Below, piece after piece: positions 31,146-42,937 of a stretch of DNA of 64,000 nt (positions within the stretch are counted from its first letter, which is position 1; each line of letters opens with the position of its first letter). Under the pieces are notes generated by a model that saw only the letters and a program-made list of their open reading frames with translations, ran no database searches and was not told the origin of the DNA. Made by a program: the position numbers and the translations under genes. Where the stretch lies: assembly GCF_009914755.1 (NCBI RefSeq), contig NC_060933.1; one strand, written 5' to 3'. The stretch comes from the human T2T-CHM13v2.0 reference genome, Homo sapiens.

Positions 31146-32956
31146 TGTGAACTATTAAAATAGCCTCCTAGCTATCAGCCTGCCTCCACGTTCAGGTACA
31201 TTCTCCAGAGTGTCATTTTTCTTAATTAAAAAAATTAATTTTAAAAACATGAAAATTATAGAAAAGTGTGAAGAGAAAACTAATAACCATCCATATCTCA
31301 TCCATCCTACGGTCAGCATTTACTGAGTACCTATTATGTGGCAGGAACTGTTTCAGGAAATACAAAAATGAATATAGCTGACCCCTTTACTCAGTCTGGA
31401 TGGAAAGACATGCAGGCAAATGATTGTAATATTTTGCTTCTGTACATGCATATATGTTCATAATAATTTTGATTATTAATTTGATTAAGCAATATATGCA
31501 AACAGAACAAAATTCAAAAATTACAAAAGGACATAGAATAAATGGTAAGTCTCTTTCCTACTTCTGTCCTTTACCCAGTTTTCTATCCCAGAGGCAACCA
31601 CAGGTACCAGCTTATTTTCCTTTTCTTTCTCTGTAATTATATATATATATATTTATAAGCATATACATATATACATATCCATATACATAACACACAAGTA
31701 GCACATTAAATACCTCATTCTACATTCCACATATTTTACTTTGTGTATTTTGGAGATCATTCAGCAGCAGTAAGAACAGTCTACTTTGTATTTGGCTGCA
31801 TAGCATTTAATTGTGTACATATCAAAACATATGTTTTATATATAAGTATAAATATAAATATGTTTTATATTTATGTATGTTTTATACTTATATATGGATA
31901 TCTAAGTATATATACATATACAGTAAATATGGCTTAAAATATATATAAGTATAAAACATATACAAATTTAAAATCATGTTTTAAATATATACTTTATTAT
32001 TTAAGTGCAAAGTGTTAATTGATCATATTTCTCAATTCATGGAACATCATCCACAATGGTCCTTGCGAGGTCCTTTCTTTTCACATGCTGTTTTTAGATT
32101 TATCCATGTTTCTTTGTGTATATATAGTTTGTTGCATCTAAATAATGCTTAGAATTCCATAATATGCATCTAATACATTTTATTCATCCATTCTGGCAGT
32201 GAAGGAGAGAGAGCTAGGTTGCTTCTAACTCATCGCTATTATAAACAACTCAATGAATTATCTTTCAACATGTTCCCTTATCTACCTGTGTGATTGTTTT
32301 TATGAGCTATAAACCCAGAAGTTGAAAGTCTGGGCCAAAGGATGTATGTACATTTAATCAAAGTACTACCAGATTGCACACCAGAGTGACGGTACTTGTG
32401 TTCATTCCCAACACCATTGTGGGATGTGTCCTGTATTGCCACATTCATTTCAACACATCGTACTAGTGATGAGTACACAGCAATACCTCCTTGTTTTAAT
32501 TTGTATTTCTATAAATAAAATTATTTTGAGCATATTTTTATATGCTTGTTTACCTGTTGGACTTCCTTTCCTGTGTATTGCCAGTTCATATCTCTGCATG
32601 GTTTTCTAGCTAGATTACCTAATCGTTCATTGTAAGTTGTAATAATCCCTTGAATATCCTGTGAATTCTAGATATTAGTTTCTTGTTTTTAGACAATGAA
32701 AATATTTAATCCCATCTGTCATCTATTGTGGATATCCATATTTTTATGTATAAAATTATTCCCCCCTTTTGTATTAAGCTTTCAGAGTTTTGTTTTAGAA
32801 GTCCTTGCTCACCCCTGGGTGTAAAACTATTCTCCTCCATTATCTTAAGTTATATCTTCCCCACCTACATTTTTAATTCATCTGCAACCACTATTGTATA
32901 TGGTGTAAAGTAGGGATCTAGTTTTTAATTTTTCTTCATATATTAAGCTAGTTATT

Positions 32957-33364
32957 TGTAACAGTCCATTACTGCTGCTCTAACAACATACCACAGACTG
33001 GGTAATTTATAAACAGCCTAAATTTACTGCTCACAGTTATGGAGGCTGGGATGTTCAGGACCAAGGAGTGGGCAGCTTTGATGCCTGGTAAGAGCCCGAT
33101 TTCTCTTTCCAAGACGGCACCTTGAACATTGTGTCCTCCAGAGGGGGCAAACGCTGTGCCTTCACTTGGCGAAAGGGCAAGGCACAGGGCACATGGGCCC
33201 TCCCTCCCACCTCACTGGATTAGGGGAGTATTAATCCACTAATGAAGGCAGAGTCCTCATGACTATAATCATTTTGCAAAAGGCCTCACCTTTTATTACC
33301 ATCCCCTTGGGTTTAAGTTTCAATATGTGAATGTTAAAGGGACTGATACATCCAAACCATAGCA
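32957..33364 (-). mobile_element. MST (MaLR) solo LTR
   Basis: TGTAACAGTCCATT..GCTGCTCTAACAACATACCACAGACTGGGTAATTTAT ... CAAACCATAGCA. Confidence 0.85.
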
Positions 33365-33999
33365 AATACCATTTATAAAGAATCAGGCTTTTCTATACTG
33401 ATTTGTAGTGTCACCTTTATTACATATGAGGTTACCATAAATTCATGGGTCTGTTTCAGAACACTCTAATCTCCTCCATTGGTTTAATTCTTGTTATATA
33501 CTGATTTTATTACCATGGTTTTGTAGCAGATCTTAATATCTGAAAAGCAAGTCTTTACTGTTTAACTTTTTCAAAGCTGACTTAATCATAGACATTTTGC
33601 TCTTCTCCATGAATTTTAGAATAAATCGAGTTCCTTAAAGGCCTACCTAAAATATAGTTTGGAATTTAAGTAACTTAATATTAGGAGAAATTGATATTTT
33701 TATGGTATATGGTTTTCTCTCCATTTATCCAGATCTGAAAACACAAAAATAATTCCATGGAGGCTTTTGAATGCTTTAATTCTTTATTAAGTGTAGTTTT
33801 TCTTGTTTTTTAGATGGTATCTTATATGTGATTACAGTTTCTATTTGGCAGTTCCTGGGGAAGAAAATTCTATTTACTTTTTATATGTTCACCTTTATTT
33901 AATAACATTGGTGAACTCATAATTATTCTAATAGCATGATGATTCCATTGTTTTTTATTCTATGGAGATGATCACACCACTTCCAATTATTGACTTTTT

Positions 34000-35042
34000 T
34001 GTTGCAGGAAGTCAGGGACCCCAAATGGAGGGACTGGCTGAAGCCGCAGCATTAGAACATAAATTGTGAAGATTTCACGGACATTTATTAGTTCCCCAAA
34101 TTAGTACTTTTATAATTTCTTACACCTGTCTTTACTGCAGTCTCTGAACATAAATTGTGAAGATTTCATGGACATTTATCCCTTCCCCAATCAATACTCT
34201 TGTGATTTCCTATGCCTGTCTTTACTTTAATCTCTTAATCCCAACATCTTCATAAGCTGAGGATGAATGTCACCTCGGGACCCTGTGACGATTGTGTTAA
34301 CTGCACAAATTGTTTGTAGAGCATGTGTATTTGAACAATATGAAATCTGGGCACCTTAAGAACAGGATAACAGCGATTTTCAGGGAAAAAGGGCGATAAC
34401 CTTAAAGTCTGGCTGCCTGTGGGCCGGGCTGGACAGAGCCATATTTCTCTTATTACCAAAAACGGGTAAGAGAAATATCGCTCAATTCTTTCCCCAGTAA
34501 GGAATATTAATAACTAACAGCCCTGGGAAAAGAATGCATTCCCAGGGAGGCCTCTAAAATGGCCACCCTGAGAGTGTCTGCCTTTATGCAGATGTAGACA
34601 GGGAAGAAACAAGGCCTAGTTTCATGCAGTGCCCCCAGGCTTGCTAGGATTAGGAAATTCCAGCCTGGCAAATTCTAGTCAGACTGGTTCTCTGCTCTTG
34701 AACCCTGACAATGGGACAGTGGGACATGAAAGTTCATTAGTGATTCTAGTTTCACCCTGACATTCTGCCTCGTGATCTTTTGTCGCCCGTGAAGCATGTG
34801 ATCTCTGTGATCCACACCCTATTCATGCACTCCCTCCCCTTTGAAAATTGCTAATAAAAACTTGCTGGTTTTACGGCTCAGGGGGCATCACGGAACCTGC
34901 CGACATGTGATGTCTCCCCGAACACCCAGTTTTAAAATTTCTCTCTTTTGTACTCTGTCCCTTTATTTCTCAGACCGGCCAACACTTAGGGAAAATAGAA
35001 AAGGACCCACGTGAAATATCGGGGGCTGAATTTCCCCCGATA
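34000..35042 (+). mobile_element. MER11C (HERV-K11/HML-8) solo LTR
   Basis: TGTTGCAGGAAGTCAGGGACCCC start and TTTCCCCCGATA end. Duplicated AACATAAATTGTGAAGATTTCA block. AATAAA at ~34853. 6-bp TSD CTTTTT at 33994-33999 and 35043-35048. Confidence 0.93.
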
Positions 35043-35183
35043 CTTTTTTATATCTTTTCTTCCACTCTGCATGCCTTATTATTTCTTTCCTTATTTCACT
35101 GGCCATGATCTATAGTACTATGATCAAAAAACAGCCATTTTTGTCTTGTTTGTGTTCTTAAATTTTCTTTAATAAGAAATATA

Positions 35184-35587
<404 letters not shown>

Positions 35588-35814
35588 TTACATATATATA
35601 TATTTTGTTTGTTTGTTTGTTTGTATCTAGGGTTTTTCCCACTTAGCCCATTAATGTGTTGTATTTACTTGAAATATTTTTTGGTATTGAACCATCTTTG
35701 CATTCTTGGGATAAACCTTATCTGACCATGATTTTTTAAATATATATACTGTTAGTTATGGTTAGCTAATACTTTTGTTTCTAAAAAGTAAATTGGGCCT
35801 CTAATTTCTTTATG

Positions 35815-36078
35815 AGAAGTAATACGGCATAATGCTTAAGAGTATAGATTTTTCAAGCCAGACTCTGGATTTGAATTTCAGTTTGGCCACTTACTTGCTG
35901 TGTGATCCAGGGAAGCAGTAAACCTTCCTAGCCTTATTTTTCTTATCTACAAAATGTAATTAATACTAATGATACCTAATCTATAGCTTTCCATGATGAA
36001 TAAATGAGTTAAAATATAGAAAGCATTCATAGAACTACCCAACATATGGTAAGCTCTAATTAAATGCTAACTATAATT
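35815..36078 (+). mobile_element. MIR (near full length) inside L1M
   Basis: GCCAGACTCTGGATTTGAATTTCAG..CCACTTACTTGCTGTGTGATCCAGGGAAG. Confidence 0.8.
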
Positions 36079-36914
36079 ATGGAACCAAGTTAATTTTGTT
36101 TGGGGATCAACATTATACCAGCATTATAAAATAATCTAGACACTTTTCTCACTATATTTTTGGTACAATTTATATAAGAAAAGAATGATCCATTCCTTGA
36201 AAATTTGGTAGGAATTACCAGTAGAGCTTTATGAACCTGGAGTTTTTTGCAGTGAAGTCTTTTTAACTTCTTTTTAATTTTAATGTATGTGTGCATATTG
36301 GTCTAGTCATGTTTTCTATTCCTCCTTTCACCAATTTTGACACTTTATAACTTTTTTCAGAAATGTATTTATTTTGTCTAGATTTCAAATTACTTAAGAG
36401 ATAGTTGTTCATAGTATTTTAGTTTTTAAAGTTTTAAATTTGTAGCTACTTATTCTTAATTCTACATTTGAATATCTACATTTTCCTCTTTTTACCTTGA
36501 TTAGTCTTGCTGAAGTTCTATCTTATTAAAAAGAACCAGATTTGTTTTTAAGTGATTTTCACTCTTCTTTTGTTATACTTTGTGTTGATTTATACACTTT
36601 TGCCATTTACTTTTGTGTTTCTTAGAACCCATGTTTTTTTTTGCAGCTTCCTAAGTTAAAAGCTTAGCTTGTTTATTTTTTAGATCATTCTTTTTTGACT
36701 GATAAAATGTATCTCAACCTATAAACTTCTAAATACTACTTTAGCTCTGTATCATAAATATCAGCATGTTGTATTTCATTGTCATTAAGTTCTAAGTGTT
36801 TTCTAGTGTCTCCTCTAATGTCTTTTAAACTCAAGGGCTATTTAGTACCATATTGTCTAGTTTTCATATATATGGGATTTTTGAAAAGCCTTAATTTTTT
36901 AATTAAGAAATATT

Positions 36915-38771
36915 TTTGAAATAGGTTTTTCTAGTTCTGCAAAGAATGTCAGGGCAATTTAATGGGAATAGTATTGAATCTATAAATTGCTTAGGGAAGT
37001 ATGGCCATTTTAAAGATATTGATTTTTCCTATCCATGAGCATGGCATGTTTTTCCATTTGTTTATGTTATCTCTAATTTCTTTGAGTAGTGGTTTCTAGT
37101 TCTCCTTGTAGAGATCTTTCACTTCCTTTGTTGGGTATATTCCTAGGTATTTTATTCTTTTTGTGGCAGTTGTGAATGGGAGTTAGTTCGTGATTTGGCT
37201 CTTGGTTTGACTGTTGTTGGTGTATAAGAATGCTAGTGATTTTGGCACATTGATTTTGTATACTAATAGCCAAGGCATTCCTAAGCAAAAAGAACAAAGC
37301 TGGAGGCATCATGCTACCCGACTTCAAACTGTACTACAGTGCTATAGTAACCAAAACAGCTTGGGACTGGTAAAAAACAAAAAACAAAAAAAAACAAAAA
37401 ACACACACACACACAAAAAACCACTCATAGGTCAATGGAATAGAATAGAGAACCCAGAGATAAGACCACATTCCAACAACCATCTGATCTTCAACAAACC
37501 TGACAAAACAAGCAATGGGGAAAGGACTCCCTATTCAACAAATGGTGCTGGGATAACTGGCTAGCCTTCTGCAGAAAACTGAAACTGGGCCTCTTCCTTA
37601 CACCATATACAAGAATTAACTCAGGATGGATTAAAGACTTAAATGTAAAACCCAAAACTATAAACCTTCGAAGGCAACCTAGGCAATACCATTCTGCAGA
37701 CAGACATGGGCAAAGATTTCATGATGAAGACACTGGAAGCAATTGCAATAAAAAAATTGACAAATGGGATCTCATTAAACTAAAGAGCTTCTGCACAGCT
37801 AAAGAAAATATCAACAGGGTGAATAGACAATCTACAGAATGGGAGAGGATTTTTGCAACTATGCATCTGGTGAAGGTCTAATATCTAGCACCTATAAGGA
37901 ATTTAAAGAGAAAAACAATCTTATTAAAAAGTGGACAAAGGATATGACAGACACTTTTCAAAAGAAGAAATATATGCAGCCAAAAATCATATGGAAAAAA
38001 GCTCAATATCACTGATCATTAGAGAAATGCAAATCAAAACCACAATGAGATACTATCTCACACCAGTCAGAATGGCTATTATTAAAAAGTCAAAAAATAA
38101 CAGATACTGGCAAGGTTGTGGAGGGAAAGGAATGCTTTTACACTGTTAGTGGGAGTATAAATTAGTTCAACCATTGTGGAAGACAGTGTGGCGATTACTC
38201 AAAGACCTAAAGACAAATACCATTCAACCCAGCAATCCCATTACTGGGTATTTACCCAAAGGAATATAAATTGTTCTATTATAAAGAATATGCACATGTA
38301 TGTTCATTGCAGCACTATTCACAATAGCAAAGACATGGAATCAACCCAAATGCCCATCAATGATAGGCTGGAAAAAGAAAATGTGGTACATATACACCAT
38401 GGAATACTATGCATCCATAAAAAAGAATGAGATTATGTCCTTTGCAGGACATGGATGGAGCTGGAGACCATTATCCTTAACAAACTAACAAAAGAACAGA
38501 AAACCAAATACCACATGTTCTCACTTATAAGTGGGAGCTAAATGATGAGAACACATGGACACACAGAGGGGAACAACATGCCCTGCGGCCTATTAGGGGG
38601 TGGAGGGTGGGAGGAGGAAGAGAAGCAGTAAAAATAACTAACAGATACTAGGCTTAATATCTGGCTGATGAAATAATCCGTGCAACCAACCTCCATGACA
38701 CAACCATCCCCCATGACACCTATTTAACCTGTACATCCTGTACATGTACCCTGAACTTAAATTTAAAAAAA
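36915..38771 (+). mobile_element. L1PA13-16-like, 5'-truncated, with 5' inversion (36915-37262 on -)
   Basis: Sense ORF2 end ([34 protein letters not shown]) and 3'UTR ending CTGAACTTAAATTTAAAAAAA. Upstream block is the adjacent ORF2 segment in antisense. Confidence 0.9.
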
Positions 38772-38774
38772 GCT

Positions 38775-40780
38775 TTTTGTACTTAAAATACATGAAATAG
38801 AAACAATGCTAAATAAGCCCAAAACCATAAAATATAAGGGGGAAAACAAGATTACTATAGTGTACAGCAAAATAATTTGGAAAATTGGTCCTGATAATTG
38901 TTACATTCAGGTGTTTTTTTTAATATAATCGACTGATCTTACTAAAGAAATATTTACTAAAGAGTCTTGTGGTTAGGTCTGTAGTATGTTGAGGAAGACT
39001 TCAAACCATGAGCTAATAATCTATGAATGAATCCATGAATTTGCTTTTTCTACTCTAACAGGTAATAGTGAAAATACCCACTTTCTGGGGAACTTGTTTC
39101 TTGAAGACAGAGTTGCAACTCCTGCCCCCACCCACACTGGAGGAAAAGTCTTTAGGAGACTCCAGTTGGGGTGGAGGTTCAGAGTTGCCAATCTCCACCT
39201 TCATTCTTGTGAATTTCCAAGCCATGCTTGAGGGTAACAGTTGGATAGGTGGGAGAAACACACTTTGATTTCCTACAACCCCTGTGGGAATGTTACCTTC
39301 ATCATTGAGACTGTCAGGAACTCCTATCCCTGCACAAGAACTTCAGATGGAGATGTCCAAAGATCATGTACAGTGAGATATGGGCTACCCACTGTGGAAC
39401 CATACTTGTATGAGGCAATAGTTTTAAATACATGAGAGAAAAATTATGGGGGGAATGAGCTGTAAACTTCTGCACATGGTGGGAACCTTGACATTCTGTG
39501 GGTTGCAAAGAGGTCATCAGAGAAACTGGAGCATTGCCAGTTGGATCCAGGGAGCAAAAGGTTGGGCATGGGTGAGACTAGCATTTGGCATTAACATTTC
39601 CTAGAAGTCTTGAAATCTCCTAGGTTTTAGCACCAGAGATTTGTTCTCTCATGAACTAGCTGATTATGGAAGTCTTCCCTGAGACTATGCACGTGCTTTG
39701 GCAGGAAGTGCTCTCATTTCTGCCATCTCTGGATTCACTGGTTCGTAAGGCAATCCTTTCTTTCTTCTTCCCTCTGGCCCAAGGCAACATATTTGAGCCC
39801 ACAATATGCCAGGTCATCTCAATCGTGGTTTGGAGTCCTCTTTGAGAGAGGAGACAGATCCACCAGCATCATCTTGGCACTAGTTATTGTTCCAAAAATT
39901 TTTTTAAACTTCTTTAAGTTTTCCTCATGAATAAGATCATCCTAGTTCTACTGGGATGTCTAAAGACTGTAAACAGATTCAGATCATATCTCAGGTTAAT
40001 CAAAATGTTCCTGACAAAATTTCAGTAATCACACTAATATGGCCTGGGAATTTGTAATTTTAATCCATTCTTATTTAAATTATCAAACTATGAAAAAAAT
40101 TAGCCAGGAAATTTCCTTCAAATTTGTATAAATTCTTCAAGGAGCAATCAAGTGCTACCCACAGAGGCTTTCTAGTTACAAGCTCTCTCTGTCTAGAGTG
40201 ATGAGGAAAATTTCTAGCTAAAATAATCCTGGATTTTTTCTCCAATTCCAGCTTCTCATCTGGAAGTGTCTTGGTTTGGCTGATAAATTGTACGATTAGC
40301 CTATATATAGCTATAGGTTTTAGGTCCTTGACAGAGTATTAATTGGTTACAACCCTGCAGACTCCCAGATAGTACCTTGAGCCAAGTCCTCTTCACATGC
40401 CAGGCTTCATGGGTGCATCTGGAAAGCAGGCACATGATGAGCAATGGGTAGACATGTTGGAATAGTGAAACTTCCAGATGCAGGCTACAACAAAAAACAG
40501 AGCAGAGGGACAAAGAGCCTGCCATGTAGTAGGTGAGGTCAGAGAAGGCAAGTGCATGTAGCTCAAAAAGAAATAGTCTGAGTTATGATAGACATTCTCT
40601 GAACAAAAGCACCTACGTGCAGTCAGAAAACAGATAAACATGTACCCTTACCGTGAGACAAGCTGCAGTGGTAACTCAAGAAGGGAGCAGGTGAATTCCC
40701 TGATAGGAATTCTGCTGTTTCTTTTCTCAATTTTTGAAAATCCTTTTCCTCTGTAGTCTGTGGATTCTGAAAGCGTTAGA
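38775..40780 (-). pseudogene. Degenerate 5'-truncated processed pseudogene of PABPC4 (cytoplasmic poly(A)-binding protein 4)
   Basis: Minus-strand translation with frameshifts gives [89 protein letters not shown]...LESP...QKVG. These are colinear with PABPC4 RRM4-linker-MLLE/PABC, with no introns, and are followed by 3'UTR-like sequence. Confidence 0.88.
39950..40685. mobile_element. ~0.7 kb insertion (probably an old LTR) splitting the PABPC4 retrocopy
   Basis: PABPC4 homology stops at the 'KNLDD' equivalent (~39949) and resumes at the 'YQG' equivalent (~40690-40705). Family not identified. Confidence 0.5.
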
Positions 40781-40819
40781 GGCAGAGGTGACTGGGGTGA
40801 CATGGAATTCTGTATATTA

Positions 40820-42480
40820 TACCTTTGTTGTTAATTTAAAATTTTATTGCCTTGTGGTCTGTATGATACTAATTATTTGGAATTTATTGAATTTTTTTTT
40901 GGTAGCCTACTACATGGCACATCTATGTAAATGTTGTATATGTGCTTGAAATGAAAGTGTGTTCTTTATAGTGTGAAAAGATCTCTCTATATCTAAAAAT
41001 ATAAGCTTTTAAATTATGTTATTTATATCTTCTGTATATCTGACTACTTTTTGAGGAGAAGGTATTTAAAATCTCCCAAATCTTCCACCACATTTGTCTA
41101 TTTATCTACTTCCTTCTCTAGTTCTATCAGTTGCTGCATTATATAGTTTGAGACTATGCTGTTAGGTTCATATATTCATGAAGCCAACTGTTGTGGTCTT
41201 TGCCTTTAGATGATACTTCGGAGTACAAAACTGGTTAGTTTTTTTTGATGTGAAAGCAATGAATCATTGTGTTCTTGCATCCAGTGTTTGCCCTTGAGAA
41301 TTGTGATATCACTATGATTCTTTTTCTTTTTTCTTTTTTTTTGATTTCATTTTATTTTTATTTTTTTGAATTTAATTTTAAGTTCTGGGATACAAGTGCA
41401 GGACATGTAGGTTTGGTAGACAGGTAAACCTGTGCCATGGTGGTTTGCTGCACCTATCAACCCATCACTTAGGTGTTAGGCCCCACATACATTAGCTATT
41501 TATCCTGATGCTCTCCCTCTCCCTGCTTCTTCGACAGGCCCCAGTGGGTGTTGTTCCCCTCCCTGTGTCCATGTGTTCTCATTGTTCAGCGTCTACTTAT
41601 AAGTGATAACATGATATTTTTGGTTTTCTCTTCCTGTGTTGGTTTGCTGACGATAATGGCTTCCAGCTCCATCCATGTCCCTGCAAAGGACATGATCTCA
41701 TTCTTTTTTATGGCTGCATAGTATCCTGTAGTGTATATGTACCACATTTTCTTTATCCAGCCTATTACTGATGGGCATTTGGGTTGATTCCATGTCTTTG
41801 CTATTGTGAATAAGCGCGGGCAAATATTTCATGAAGATTCTTTTTCTTTTGTTGGCAATCTGTAGCTCCTTTTTGAAATCTTAAAAAAAAATATGTTAAT
41901 CTATCAAATTTTCTCTTGTCTTCGATTATCTAAAATTTATTTTAATATGTATCAGTGTGTGTTTTTCTGTATCCTGTTTGGCACTTTGAAGCCTTTAAGT
42001 TAAACATGTCATCTCTTTTTTCTTTTTAACTTGGGAAGATTTTATGTTCTTTATTTCTCCTCATATTTCTTGCCTTATTTTTTTTCCAATTTTTTTCTGG
42101 AGCTTCTAGTATATGGATGTTAGTGTTTCTAGTTCTCATATCCATGTTGCTTAGATTTTCTATGTCATTGCCTTTTTTGTCTGCCTTCTGGTTTTCTCAA
42201 TCATATCTTACATTTCATTAACTTATTGATCAGCAATATCCACTATACAATTTATTCCATCTATTTACGTTCTTTGACTGTTATACTTTTTGTGGTCAAT
42301 ACTTCCTTTGATTATATTTATGATTCTCATTTCTTTTTGAGAATATTATGCTTAATTTAAAATGTTTATGTGCATATACATAATTATATAATAATTATAT
42401 AATAATTGGCATATAGTGCTGCTTGTTAATGTTTTTTAAAAAATATTGTCCACTTCAAATTTCTACTAGTTTTGGCTTAT
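40820..42480 (-). mobile_element. Continuation of the ancient L1M
   Basis: TTTGTTGTTAATTTAAAATTTTATTGCCTTGTGGTCTG picks up the L1 antisense sequence that stopped at ~36885. Confidence 0.65.
41331..41835 (-). mobile_element. Short L1PA (about PA8-11) 3' end with a tiny 5' inverted segment
   Basis: Poly-T plus L1 3'UTR antisense. TSD GATTCTTTTTCTTTT at 41316-41330 and 41836-41850. Confidence 0.9.
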
Positions 42481-42712
42481 GAGTTCATGTTTTCCTAGGA
42501 ATATCAACTCCTCATATACTAATGTATATGAAGGAGAAGGCCAATACTGAAGCCATATGCTGTGTTTCTCCTGGTGACTACAGGGAGGAAGAGAAGTAAA
42601 CTGTTTATGTCCTTTTTGTCACCACTCTATCAAGCAACATTTATGGTCAGGGATTTTCCCTTAAACTATATTTGGTAGAAATAGCACTGGGAAGAGGAAA
42701 ATCTCATTAGAT

Positions 42713-42937
42713 CAGTGGTTTTCAAGCTGCATACTTAATGGGAGTATAGCCACTATTTTAAAAAATGAAGTAGAATTGAATAGAATGAAATATCAGAGTA
42801 CATCACAATTCATTAATGTAATTATTGTTTAGTGAAACTTTTGTTTCAGCTCTGTATATACACAACAAAAAAGGTGTGTACCAGGAATAAACATATTCCT
42901 TACTGTTGATAATGATCAAACATTTTGAAAGCTATTG
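42713..42937. mobile_element. hAT-Charlie MITE (MER112/113-like)
   Basis: TIR-like ends CAGTGGTTTTCAA / TTGAAAGCTATTG. 8-bp TSD CATTAGAT / CGTTAGAT. Confidence 0.75.

Noticed and set aside
39055-39261. 68-aa ORF as a functional MLLE/PABC micro-protein
   Set aside because: It has no ATG start, the KITGMLLE signature is degenerate (KFTRMKVE), and the upstream frame has stops and frameshifts.
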